From: Candidatus Latescibacterota bacterium
GTDB taxonomy: Bacteria; Latescibacterota; UBA2968; GCA-2709665
Length of the DNA: 64,000 nucleotides
Reading direction: 5' to 3'
Assembly: GCA_965237675.1 (NCBI GenBank)
Contig: OZ250150.1
Coordinates: 1,856,001-1,920,000, forward strand
The notes beneath the pieces were generated by a model. The model ran no database searches. It was not told the DNA's origin and saw only the letters and a program-made list of their open reading frames with translations. Each line of letters starts with the position of its first letter. Positions within the stretch are counted from its first letter, which is position 1. A program made the position numbers and the translations under genes. Positions 20,232 through 29,019 of the stretch are shown here, piece by piece.

Positions 20232-20792
20232 TCAGTCCAACAGACCCTGTCTCTTGATCTCTTTTTGCAATTTTTCTCGCGCCCGGTGCAGCCGGGACTT
20301 TACCGTGCCTTCGGGAATGTCCAGAATTGCTGCGATTTCACGTCCGTCGAGTTCATCCAGATAACTCAACACGACAACCTCGTGAAGCTTGCGAGGAAGC
20401 CGGTCAATCGCCGCGCGAAGCCTCTTCCGTGCGTCTCGTTTCTCGACATCGGCATCGGGGGCGTCACCGGCCGCGGCAGCCAGGCCGCCGAACCATTCCG
20501 GCGGTGTCAGACGCTCGAAAAGCCGCCACCGCCGGCGCCGCCGCGCGTTCAGAGCGGTACGAACCGCGATACGGTACATCCAGGCCTGAAACGGAACCTT
20601 TGCGGAAAACGCCCCGAGGCCCCTGTACGCGCGAACAAACGCATCCTGGGCCGCCTCCTCGGCCTCCTCCCGGTTGCCCAGAACCGAAAAGGCAACGCGG
20701 AAGACAAAGTCCTGGTGGGGTTCGATCAACCTCCGGAACGCGTCCCGATTTCCCGACAGACACCGTTGGATCAGGTCCCGTTCCAGGGGCAT
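20232..20792 (-). CDS. ECF RNA polymerase sigma-70 factor
   Basis: AEEAAQDAFVRAY, FQAWMYRIA, EIAAILDIPEGTVKSRLHRAR. Start taken at ATG 20792 after GGAG; the ORF extends upstream to 20957. Confidence 0.92.
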   Translation of the reverse strand: MPLERDLIQRCLSGNRDAFRRLIEPHQDFVFRVAFSVLGNREEAEEAAQDAFVRAYRGLGAFSAKVPFQAWMYRIAVRTALNARRRRRWRLFERLTPPEWFGGLAAAAGDAPDADVEKRDARKRLRAAIDRLPRKLHEVVVLSYLDELDGREIAAILDIPEGTVKSRLHRAREKLQKEIKRQGLLD

Positions 20793-20919
20793 GTCGGTCT
20801 CCGGCTGATTGGCGACCTGATGAATCGCTGTCGAAGTGTACATTTGACGATCTGCAAGTAAACCATCTTTTCCAGAGAACCGCCGAAGCGGCGCGGCGTA
20901 CCCTTGCTCACAACCTGAA

Positions 20920-20945
20920 AGACACGGCTTTTGTCGAGCAGGTTC
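20920..20945 (-). promoter_or_regulatory. Putative autoregulatory ECF promoter
   Basis: Minus strand GAACCT-N16-GTCT upstream of the sigma gene, matching the AAC / GTC pattern typical of ECF promoters. Confidence 0.5.
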
Positions 20946-21060
20946 GATAAATTTCACCAGTTTGATTCAAAAAAACAACAGGTATTGCGGGGAACGGAAA
21001 TAAGCTCGTGTCGTTTTACCATGGTGGGCGACCTCCGGTTAAACGGGGCCAAATAATTCC

Positions 21061-21089
21061 TTGACGCGTATATACCATGTCCGTACTTT
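21061..21089 (+). promoter_or_regulatory. Putative sigma-70 promoter
   Basis: TTGACG-N17-TACTTT, about 380 nt upstream of the restriction endonuclease gene. Confidence 0.45.
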
Positions 21090-21466
21090 TTGGGTATACT
21101 CGGGCAAATGCGAGCAATGGCAAGTCGCAATTATAGTTGGAATCGCAGTGGCGTTTAGCCGGTCGCTAAGGCACCATACGTGTCGCGGTTCGGTTCAGAG
21201 TGGGATTATAACGAAGAGGGATCCGAAACGGTTACTGGTGCTACGGGATCGTTGAGTTGAGGCGTCAATCCAATAGATGAATTCTGAGGGATTTTGACGA
21301 CCTTTCTCAAGGTTGTTGAGGGTGTATCGCTGGGTAGGTAGAGCCAGGGGACTGTCAGCGCCGCATTGTTGTCTTTACCGGTACTAGGTCGTAGACAATT
21401 TGCGTGCTTTCCTAAACATAACGTCGCCAATTGTCCAAATGGTATTGGCACAAAGGGGAGTATTAA

Positions 21467-22066
21467 GTGACAAGAATAAGCACTTTGCTTGATTATTACG
21501 ATGGTTTGTTGCGGTGGGAAAATGTCCCAGTTCAGCCACTCGTTACGCGGTGGGATCCTTCAGAAAGTAATGCTATAGAGCGGGATTTCGCTCAAGCTTT
21601 AGATCGTTCACGGACAATTGGTGGTTTCATACCCATTGCTCCGGGTAGCACGAATCAATCTATAGGTAATCAAGTAGAAAGCCATTTCATTAGAGATATA
21701 CAATCACATCTCAGTGAATTTAAGATTTTCAACTGCTCAGGTGCAGGCTATCCAGATAAGACGTTAGTGCAACTAAGTAATAGAAAAGAATACCCTCTTG
21801 AATTCAAAGCGACAAGCCATTGGAATCCATCGGATTCTAACAGGCGAGTTCTGACATCATCGTCAACAAAGCTCAGAAGAAAGTTCCAAGGTTCTATAAA
21901 TCATATACTTGCGACCGTAATTTATGACAATTCGGGCGGAACCTGCCAAGTCCAACATCTTCGGTTAGACTTCCTTGAACCCCATACTCAGGTTAGTGTA
22001 AGGCTTGAAGCCTCAGTTAATCATAAGATTTTGAGTCAAGGATCTCACCAAAACGTAACCCTCTAG
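21467..22066 (+). CDS. Putative Type II restriction endonuclease, PD-(D/E)xK fold
   Basis: 199 aa; QSIGNQVE...GYPD...PLEFKAT; AT-rich; 9 bp upstream of a DNA methyltransferase. Confidence 0.7.
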   Translation: MTRISTLLDYYDGLLRWENVPVQPLVTRWDPSESNAIERDFAQALDRSRTIGGFIPIAPGSTNQSIGNQVESHFIRDIQSHLSEFKIFNCSGAGYPDKTLVQLSNRKEYPLEFKATSHWNPSDSNRRVLTSSSTKLRRKFQGSINHILATVIYDNSGGTCQVQHLRLDFLEPHTQVSVRLEASVNHKILSQGSHQNVTL

Positions 22067-22075
22067 GGCAAATGT

Positions 22076-23341
22076 ATGGAACGCCTAAACTTAGAACCAA
22101 TTAGAAAAATAGCCACTTCGTATTTGGCCGGAAGAGAATCAAAGCTAATTGCAGAGTTAGAAGCCTATGATAAATTTGGAGAGGCAACAAGAATTGATCA
22201 CGTAATGGGTATCGGACTTGAGTATATACCCATTTTCATTAATGAATTTTGGACTTCTAAGCAGAGGGCAGCTCATAGTTTGCATGAAATTTCCTATAGA
22301 GCTTGTTTTAAACCACAATTGCCTAAATTTTTCATTGAAAGATTAACCGATGAAGGTGACTTAGTCTATGATCCGTTCATGGGTCGAGGCACAACATTAC
22401 TAGAAGCCATCATTTTAAAAAGAAATGCGATTGGTTGCGATGTTAATCCATTAAGCGTTAGTCTGCTATATCCAAGATTAAACCCGCCTACTTTAAGAGA
22501 AATTCAAGAGCGGCTCGATAGTATTGGGTTCGCATATGATGGTGTATTTCCGGATGATTTCACCGTGTTTTACCACCCAGATACGTTACGCCAGATTTGT
22601 GGTCTCAGGAAATATCTGATCGATAAAGTTGATAAGATCGATAGTGTAGATGCTTGGATAAGAATGGTTGCGACAAATAGACTTACTGGTCATTCTAAAG
22701 GCTTTTTTTCAGTATACACACTCCCTCCCAACCAAGCTGTTACAATCGAAAGACAAAAGATAATAAACGCAAGAAGACGCCAAGAGCCCGATTTTCGTAA
22801 CGTTCCCAAACTGATACTCAAAAAGAGCCGCTCACTATTGTCCAAGCTCAAGGCTGACGAATTGCAGGCTATAGAGGAATATGGTGATTCTACAATTTTG
22901 CTTACGCAATCGTGTGAAAAGACGAGCGGTGTCGAAAGCAATACAGTTTCATTAGTAGTAACTTCACCTCCATTCTTGGATGTCGTTGATTATGCGACAG
23001 ATAATTGGCTCCGTTGTTGGTTTAATGGTATTGACGAAAGAGAGATTCCAATTTGGACTTTCAGAAAAGTTGAAGATTGGCAAGAGCATATGAACTTGGT
23101 TTTCAAAGAATTAAAGAGGGTTCTTAAACCAAATGGGTATGTGGCTTTTGAAGTAGGCGAAGTTAGAAATGGGAAAGTTAGGCTCGAAGAGAATGTTATA
23201 CCTGCTGCCGAAGCTGCTGGATTGAAGCCTATTTTAGTCTTGATTAATTCTCAGGAATTCACAAAAACCTCCAATTGCTGGGGGGTTGATAATTTATCTA
23301 AGGGTACTAACACCAATAGGATAGTGTTGCTGAAAAATTAA
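22076..23341 (+). CDS. DNA amino-methyltransferase, probably N4-cytosine
   Basis: 421 aa; motif I VYDPFMGRGTT precedes motif IV VTSPPF; AT-rich codon usage. Confidence 0.88.
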   Translation: MERLNLEPIRKIATSYLAGRESKLIAELEAYDKFGEATRIDHVMGIGLEYIPIFINEFWTSKQRAAHSLHEISYRACFKPQLPKFFIERLTDEGDLVYDPFMGRGTTLLEAIILKRNAIGCDVNPLSVSLLYPRLNPPTLREIQERLDSIGFAYDGVFPDDFTVFYHPDTLRQICGLRKYLIDKVDKIDSVDAWIRMVATNRLTGHSKGFFSVYTLPPNQAVTIERQKIINARRRQEPDFRNVPKLILKKSRSLLSKLKADELQAIEEYGDSTILLTQSCEKTSGVESNTVSLVVTSPPFLDVVDYATDNWLRCWFNGIDEREIPIWTFRKVEDWQEHMNLVFKELKRVLKPNGYVAFEVGEVRNGKVRLEENVIPAAEAAGLKPILVLINSQEFTKTSNCWGVDNLSKGTNTNRIVLLKN

Positions 23342-23618
23342 CGATCCTTTGTAAGGATCCCCGCCGATAAGGTGACCCGCTTCGCAACGGCGCACACGCC
23401 CACCTACCAACCGCGTTCGCGGTTGGTAGGTGGGCAAATGATATATTTGGTTGAAATAGTCGAGGCGTTTAATCAACAGCGAAGGCATTTTGCGTGTCAC
23501 AATCTAGATTGATATGTTTGCATTGAGCAGGTCTGAGAGTTGGCCGAAATCGGACCCCATTAATCCGCGTAACACGTCCTCACTTGCGTTTCTCACCATC
23601 TTTACGGAGATTTGAGCC

Positions 23619-24989
23619 ATGCTGGACCCGAAATACCTTCTCGACGACCGGAAAATGCAGGAATTCATCGCCAACGGGTTTATCACCATCAAAGTCGACC
23701 TCCCGCCGGAATTCCACGAAGAAATCTACAGGAAGACCGACGAAGTCTTTATTAAGGAAGGGAACCCGGGAAACAACGTTCTGCCTCGCGTTCCCGAAAT
23801 CCAGACCGTTTTCGACCAGCCCGAAGTTCGGGGCGCCTTCACCTCCATCCTGGGGCCCGACCATACCATGCACACCCACCGCCACTGCCATTTCAACAAA
23901 CCCAACGGGCCCGGCGGCGGATGGCACAAGGACAGCTACTGGGGCTACCAGAAACTGCGTTACCACCGCAACCGGTGGGCCATGGCTTTCTATTATCCCC
24001 AGGACGTCAAACTCGAAAACGGCCCGACGGGCGTCATTCCCCACACGCACTGCTATATGGACCGTCTCAAGAATCCGGACGACGCCGGCGTATCCGTATG
24101 CGGCGAAGCCGGCATGATCGCCATCGTCCACTTCGACATCTGGCATCGGGCCATGCCCAACCAGGTGGACACAAGACGGTATATGATGAAATTCCAGTTT
24201 ACACGCATGTCCGAGCCCCGGCGGCCCGAGTGGAACCACAGCGACGATGCATGGCGTAACGCTGACGTCGGAAACAAGCACCCGTTTGTCTGGTCCAGCC
24301 TCTGGGACTGGTCACGCGGTTTGAACGCCAACGGCCATGCGGGCGACGTGGACGCGCTCGCACGGACGTTGCGGGAAGGCGATGAATCCGCCCGGCTCAA
24401 TGCCGCGTACGAACTCGCCGCCACCGGAGAACCTGCTGTTGCTCCGCTCTCCCGAGCCCTTCAGTCGGGTGACGACAACGTCAAACTCAACGCGGCCTAC
24501 GGTCTGGCCGCCGTCGGTGCGCCCGCGGTTCCCGATCTGGTCTGCGCGCTCAAACATGAGGGCGAGAGGGTCCGCGGCCACGCAGCGTTCGCCCTGGGCG
24601 ACGCCGGCCCTGAGGCAGCCGAGGCGGTGTCGGCCCTCGCGAATGCAATGGACGATCCCTCCGAATGGGTGCGCCACCACGCGGCCGAAGCCCTGGGTAC
24701 CATCGCCGGCAACCCGGACGAGGCCGTGCCCGCTCTGGCGAAAGCGTTGAAGGACGACGACGTCCAGGTTCGTTACAACTCGGCGTATTCCCTTGCGCGT
24801 TTCGGAGCGGACGCCGAAGCCGCCATCCCCGCCCTTCACGAAGCCCTGCAGGACGAGAATCGCTACGCTTCAGGACACGCCGCGGTGGCGCTCCAGTATA
24901 TCGGAACACCCGAATCGCTCAACATCCTGCTGGACCATCTCAGCACGGCGCGGTGGTGCCCTATTACGACACGGGAAGACCTTTATTAG
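23619..24989 (+). CDS. Phytanoyl-CoA dioxygenase family protein fused to HEAT/PBS-lyase repeats
   Basis: WHKD (HxD), HFDIWHRA, RYMMKFQF; C-terminal repeats VRGHAAFALG, VRHHAAEALG, VRYNSAYSLA. Confidence 0.9.
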   Translation: MLDPKYLLDDRKMQEFIANGFITIKVDLPPEFHEEIYRKTDEVFIKEGNPGNNVLPRVPEIQTVFDQPEVRGAFTSILGPDHTMHTHRHCHFNKPNGPGGGWHKDSYWGYQKLRYHRNRWAMAFYYPQDVKLENGPTGVIPHTHCYMDRLKNPDDAGVSVCGEAGMIAIVHFDIWHRAMPNQVDTRRYMMKFQFTRMSEPRRPEWNHSDDAWRNADVGNKHPFVWSSLWDWSRGLNANGHAGDVDALARTLREGDESARLNAAYELAATGEPAVAPLSRALQSGDDNVKLNAAYGLAAVGAPAVPDLVCALKHEGERVRGHAAFALGDAGPEAAEAVSALANAMDDPSEWVRHHAAEALGTIAGNPDEAVPALAKALKDDDVQVRYNSAYSLARFGADAEAAIPALHEALQDENRYASGHAAVALQYIGTPESLNILLDHLSTARWCPITTREDLY

Positions 24990-25034
24990 GAATTGTCCCC
25001 CTCGGGACTCTGTTTGCGCGCCGCGTTTGAATTT

Positions 25035-25356
25035 GTAGGGGCAAGCCTTGTGGTTGCCCACATAATGGCTAATTTTTTTTACGCCCTTTTTCTTTCTCGC
25101 AAAGAAAAAGGGCCAAAAAGAACGGCGCCGCTCAAACGCCGCGGGGCTGCTTTTCCGCGAATCGCCTCGGTGAACGAAATTTGAGACATTGCCCTGAGAC
25201 CGCCCGAGCATACACGAGGCGTCATTGCTGGACGGATTAACGCGGAAAAGGGGGCGGTTCGCGAACCGCCCCTACAAAAACCTGACGTCCGTGATATTGA
25301 TATCGCCGTGTTTTGCGCCTACCTCGTATTCGTAGAGGCGACTCTTAGAGTCGCCC
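25035..25356. repeat. Cluster of GTAG-type REP palindromes
   Basis: GTAGGGGCAAGCCTTGTGGTTGCCC (25035), GGGGCGGTTCGCGAACCGCCCCTAC (about 25251), GTAGAGGCGACTCTTAGAGTCGCCC (25332); relatives at 26809, 35359 and about 52995. Confidence 0.8.
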
Positions 25357-25535
25357 ATGTCGTGGCGAGCATATCGCTGATTGACGTCGCGGTGCCATAG
25401 CGTTAACCGCTGTTGGCTGAATGCTAAAGGCTCACTGCTGACCGCTATCCGTTTGCCTGTGTATTCGAAATTTGCGATGTTTTTACTTCAGAAGGGCTAA
25501 TTCGCAAGTCGGAACTGATTGGAAGTGGTTAAGAA

Positions 25536-26663
25536 ATGCCAACGAATGTGTTCAAGAAACTCACGTGTCTCGCCGCGTTGATCCTTCTGGCAGCCTGCGG
25601 CGGAGAGGACAAACCGGCCGCGCCAGAGACGCCGGACGGCGATTCGTCAAATGGCAACACCCAGCAGAACAGACCCCTGCTTTCGGATGACAAGTTCGGC
25701 GCCGACTCGAACCCTACGGGCAATCCCATCGGCGGCGGAGATGGGTACAATCAACTGGTCGAAGAATACGACTATCTTGTCACGAACCGGATGGAACTTC
25801 TGAACGCGCTCAAGCAGGCGACCGGGGGCCAGGTGGTCTATCTGGCGGACACCGCCAGGGTGGACCTTACAGGCGACCGGAACATAGAGATCCGCGCCGG
25901 CGTCACGCTGGCCAGCGGGCGGGGCAAGCCCGATTCCGAGGGTGGTCTGGTCTATTCCAAGGAACTGGAGACGATTCCACTCTTTCTCGTCACTGGTCCC
26001 GATGTTCGCGTTACCGGGCTCAGGCTGGAGGGCCCGGACACGATGAGACGCACCGAGCAGATGAAGCAACTCCTGTCGGAAGGCCGGCAATTCAGTATCC
26101 CCAACTCCCGGGGCATTCAGACCGCACACCCCAGGCTCGAAGTGGACAACTGCGAACTCTGGGGTTGGACCCACGCCGCCATTTTCCTCCGGGCGAATTC
26201 AACGGACAACCACATCCACCATAACTATTTTCACCACAACCAGCGCCACCATATGGGCTACGGCGTGAATTTGGACCGGTCGGAAGCGCTGATTGAAGCC
26301 AACCTGTTCGACTGGTGCCGGCACCATATCGCCGGTACGGGCAGGCCCGGCACGAGCTACGAAGCCCGCTACAACCTGGTTCTCGAAAACGCCAACAGCC
26401 ACAGTTTTGACATGCACGGCGGCCGGGACCGGGATGACGGAACGGATATCGCCGGCGACGTTATTCTCATTCATCACAACACGTTTATGGCTATCGACGT
26501 GGAGGCCGTCGTCATCCGGGGGATTCCCCAGGAAGCCTGTGAGATTTACAACAACTGGTTTATCCATTGGCTCCCGGCTACCGCTGTCAGACAGGCATAC
26601 GCCACGGGTAATCTACGGCTCTATTCAAACCAGTACACGCACAACCGGCTCGTCAAGGACTGA
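25536..26663 (+). CDS. Lipoprotein with right-handed parallel beta-helix (pectin lyase-like), copy 1
   Basis: Lipobox LILLAAC-G; beta-helix repeats (LEVDNCEL, HIHHNYFHHN, LIEANLFD, LIHHNTF, EIYNNWF). Confidence 0.85.
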   Translation: MPTNVFKKLTCLAALILLAACGGEDKPAAPETPDGDSSNGNTQQNRPLLSDDKFGADSNPTGNPIGGGDGYNQLVEEYDYLVTNRMELLNALKQATGGQVVYLADTARVDLTGDRNIEIRAGVTLASGRGKPDSEGGLVYSKELETIPLFLVTGPDVRVTGLRLEGPDTMRRTEQMKQLLSEGRQFSIPNSRGIQTAHPRLEVDNCELWGWTHAAIFLRANSTDNHIHHNYFHHNQRHHMGYGVNLDRSEALIEANLFDWCRHHIAGTGRPGTSYEARYNLVLENANSHSFDMHGGRDRDDGTDIAGDVILIHHNTFMAIDVEAVVIRGIPQEACEIYNNWFIHWLPATAVRQAYATGNLRLYSNQYTHNRLVKD

Positions 26664-27005
26664 GAATAAAGCGATAGACGATCTTTTGAAGAGATACGCG
26701 ATGGTGCGCGGCGCGATTCTTGCGGCGAACAAACCCCCCACACCACAACCGGGCGGGCGACAGAAAGTCCCATAAAACCGCAGGCCATTCCACGCCGCGT
26801 TTGAGTTTGTAGGGGCAACCCTTGTGGTTGCCCACGTTATGGCGTCGATATCGCTGATTGACGAGGCGGTGCCATAGCGTTAACCGCTGTTGGCTGAATG
26901 CTAAAGGCTCACTGCTGACCGTTTGCCTGTGTATTCGAAATTTGCGATGTTTTTACTTCAGAAGGGCTAATTCGCAAGTCGGAACTGATTGGAAGTGGTT
27001 ACGAA

Positions 27006-28133
27006 ATGCCAACGAATGTGTTCAAGAAACTCACGTGTCTCGCCGCGTTGATCCTTCTGGCAGCCTGCGGCGGGGAGGACAAGCCGGCCGCGCCGGATTC
27101 CTCGAACGGCGATTCCACGGACGGTGACAACCAGCAGAACCGGCCCCTGCTTTCCGACGACAGATTCGGCGCCGATTCGAATCCAACCGGCAATCCCATC
27201 GGCGGAGGAGACGGGTACGATCGGCTGGTCAGCCAGTACGACTATCTCGTCACGAACCGGATGGAACTTCTGGACGCGCTCGAGCGGGCGGGCGCGGGGG
27301 AGGTCGTGTATCTCGCCGACACCGCGAGGGTGGACCTGACGGGCGACCAGAACATCGAGATCCGCGCAGGCGTCACGCTGGGCAGCGGACGGGGCAAGCC
27401 CGATTCGGAGGGGGGCCTCGTTTATTCCAAACAACTGGAGACCCTTCCGCTCTTCCTCGTTACAGGGGCCGACGTACGCGTTACCGGCCTCCGGCTGGAG
27501 GGCCCGGACACCATGAGACGCACCGAGCAGATGAAGGAGCTCCATGCAGTCGGTCAGTATTACAGCATTCCCAACTCCCGGGGCATTCAGACCGTACATC
27601 CCAGGCTCGAAGTGGACAACTGCGAACTCCGGGGCTGGAGTCACGGCGCGATTTTCCTCCGGGCCAATTCAACGGACAACAACATCCACCACAACTATTT
27701 TCACCATAACCAGCGCCACGGCCTGGGTTACGGCGTGGTTATGGACCGATCCGACGCCCTCATCGAGGCCAACCTGTTCGACTGGGGCAGGCACCATATC
27801 GCCGGCACGGGCAGGCCCGGCACGAGCTACGAAGCCCGCTACAACCTGGTTCTGGAAAACGCCAACAGCCACAGCTTCGACATGCACGGCGGCAGGGATC
27901 GGGACGACGGAACAGACATCGCCGGCGGCCTCATTCTCATTCATCACAATACGTTCATGGCCGTCGACGTGGAGGCCGTGACCATCCGGGGCATACCCCA
28001 GGAAACCTGTGAAATCTACAATAACTGGTTTATCCACTGGCTCCCGGCTACCGCAATCAGACAGGCCTACGCCACGGGGAATTTGCGGCACTACTCGAAT
28101 CAGTACACGGCCAATCGGATCGTAAAGGACTGA
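27006..28133 (+). CDS. Lipoprotein with right-handed parallel beta-helix, copy 2 (tandem duplicate)
   Basis: Same length (375 aa) and largely identical to 25536-26663. Confidence 0.85.
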   Translation: MPTNVFKKLTCLAALILLAACGGEDKPAAPDSSNGDSTDGDNQQNRPLLSDDRFGADSNPTGNPIGGGDGYDRLVSQYDYLVTNRMELLDALERAGAGEVVYLADTARVDLTGDQNIEIRAGVTLGSGRGKPDSEGGLVYSKQLETLPLFLVTGADVRVTGLRLEGPDTMRRTEQMKELHAVGQYYSIPNSRGIQTVHPRLEVDNCELRGWSHGAIFLRANSTDNNIHHNYFHHNQRHGLGYGVVMDRSDALIEANLFDWGRHHIAGTGRPGTSYEARYNLVLENANSHSFDMHGGRDRDDGTDIAGGLILIHHNTFMAVDVEAVTIRGIPQETCEIYNNWFIHWLPATAIRQAYATGNLRHYSNQYTANRIVKD

Positions 28134-28216
28134 GAAAAAAGGGATAGAGGATCCCTTGAACGAATGCGCACAGGCGCATCGGCAAGCGGCGCACATTCGC
28201 GAAAGGAGTTCGGCTG

Positions 28217-28669
28217 ATGCCGAAACAGTGGAAGGTGTACCTGGCCGGCGAAATCCACAGTGACTGGCGGGACCGGATCGTCAGCGCGGCGGCGGAAAAG
28301 GAACTTCCGGTATCCTTTACGGCGCCCGTTACCGACCACGCCGCCAGCGACAACTGCGGCGTGGATATCCTCGGCCCCGAGGAGTCCTCGTTCTGGAAGG
28401 ATCACAAGGGCGCGAAGATCAATGCCATCCGGACCCGAACGCTCATTGGTAACGCCGATATCGTGGTGGTGCGCTTCGGAGACAAATACCGTCAGTGGAA
28501 TGCGGCGTTCGACGCGGGGTTCGCCACGGCACTCGGCAAACCCATCGTCGTGATTCACGATGCCGCGAATGCCCACGCGCTCAAGGAAATAGACGGGGCG
28601 GCGCTGGCGGTGGCACAGACGCCCGAACAGGTCGCGGATGTGCTCGCGTACGTGACCCGGGAGACATGA
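28217..28669 (+). CDS. ytoQ: YtoQ family protein (nucleoside deoxyribosyltransferase-like fold)
   Basis: VYLAGEIHSDWRDRI, DHKGAKINAIRTR, VRFGDKYRQWNAAFDAG, HALKEID. Confidence 0.85.
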   Translation: MPKQWKVYLAGEIHSDWRDRIVSAAAEKELPVSFTAPVTDHAASDNCGVDILGPEESSFWKDHKGAKINAIRTRTLIGNADIVVVRFGDKYRQWNAAFDAGFATALGKPIVVIHDAANAHALKEIDGAALAVAQTPEQVADVLAYVTRET

Positions 28670-28842
28670 AAGGCATCCTCCACATCCGGCGGTTCTCTCG
28701 CAAGGATCGGTAAACGGTCGGCAAATGCGGGCATATTCGGAACGCTCGAGTCGTGGCGCGTCGACCGCACGCGGGAATGCACGGCCGTTTCGCAAATCCG
28801 TATTCGCCTGTAAGGGTCCGGTACGACTGAACAAAAAACCCC

Positions 28843-28871
28843 TTGAAAGATGAACAAAGATGCACTATATT
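28843..28871 (+). promoter_or_regulatory. Putative sigma-70 promoter of parE-parC
   Basis: TTGAAA-N17-TATATT about 150 nt upstream of the parE start. Confidence 0.55.
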
Positions 28872-29019
28872 ATGGTGCTTTCTTTCCCCTTGATTTCCCC
28901 GCATACCGGTTTCGTTTAAGCTCCATTTCTTCCTGAGCCCACGTCGGGTACGTTTGTCTCCCCGTCTGTACCATCGCCGCGCGGGATTGCGCGTTCGAGC
29001 GACCCCGAAAAGGTGTGTT

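Noticed and set aside
21090-21466. RNase P RNA, tmRNA or tRNA
   Set aside because: Hallmark motifs (GAGGAAAGTCC, tRNA-like T-arm with CCA end) were not found on either strand.
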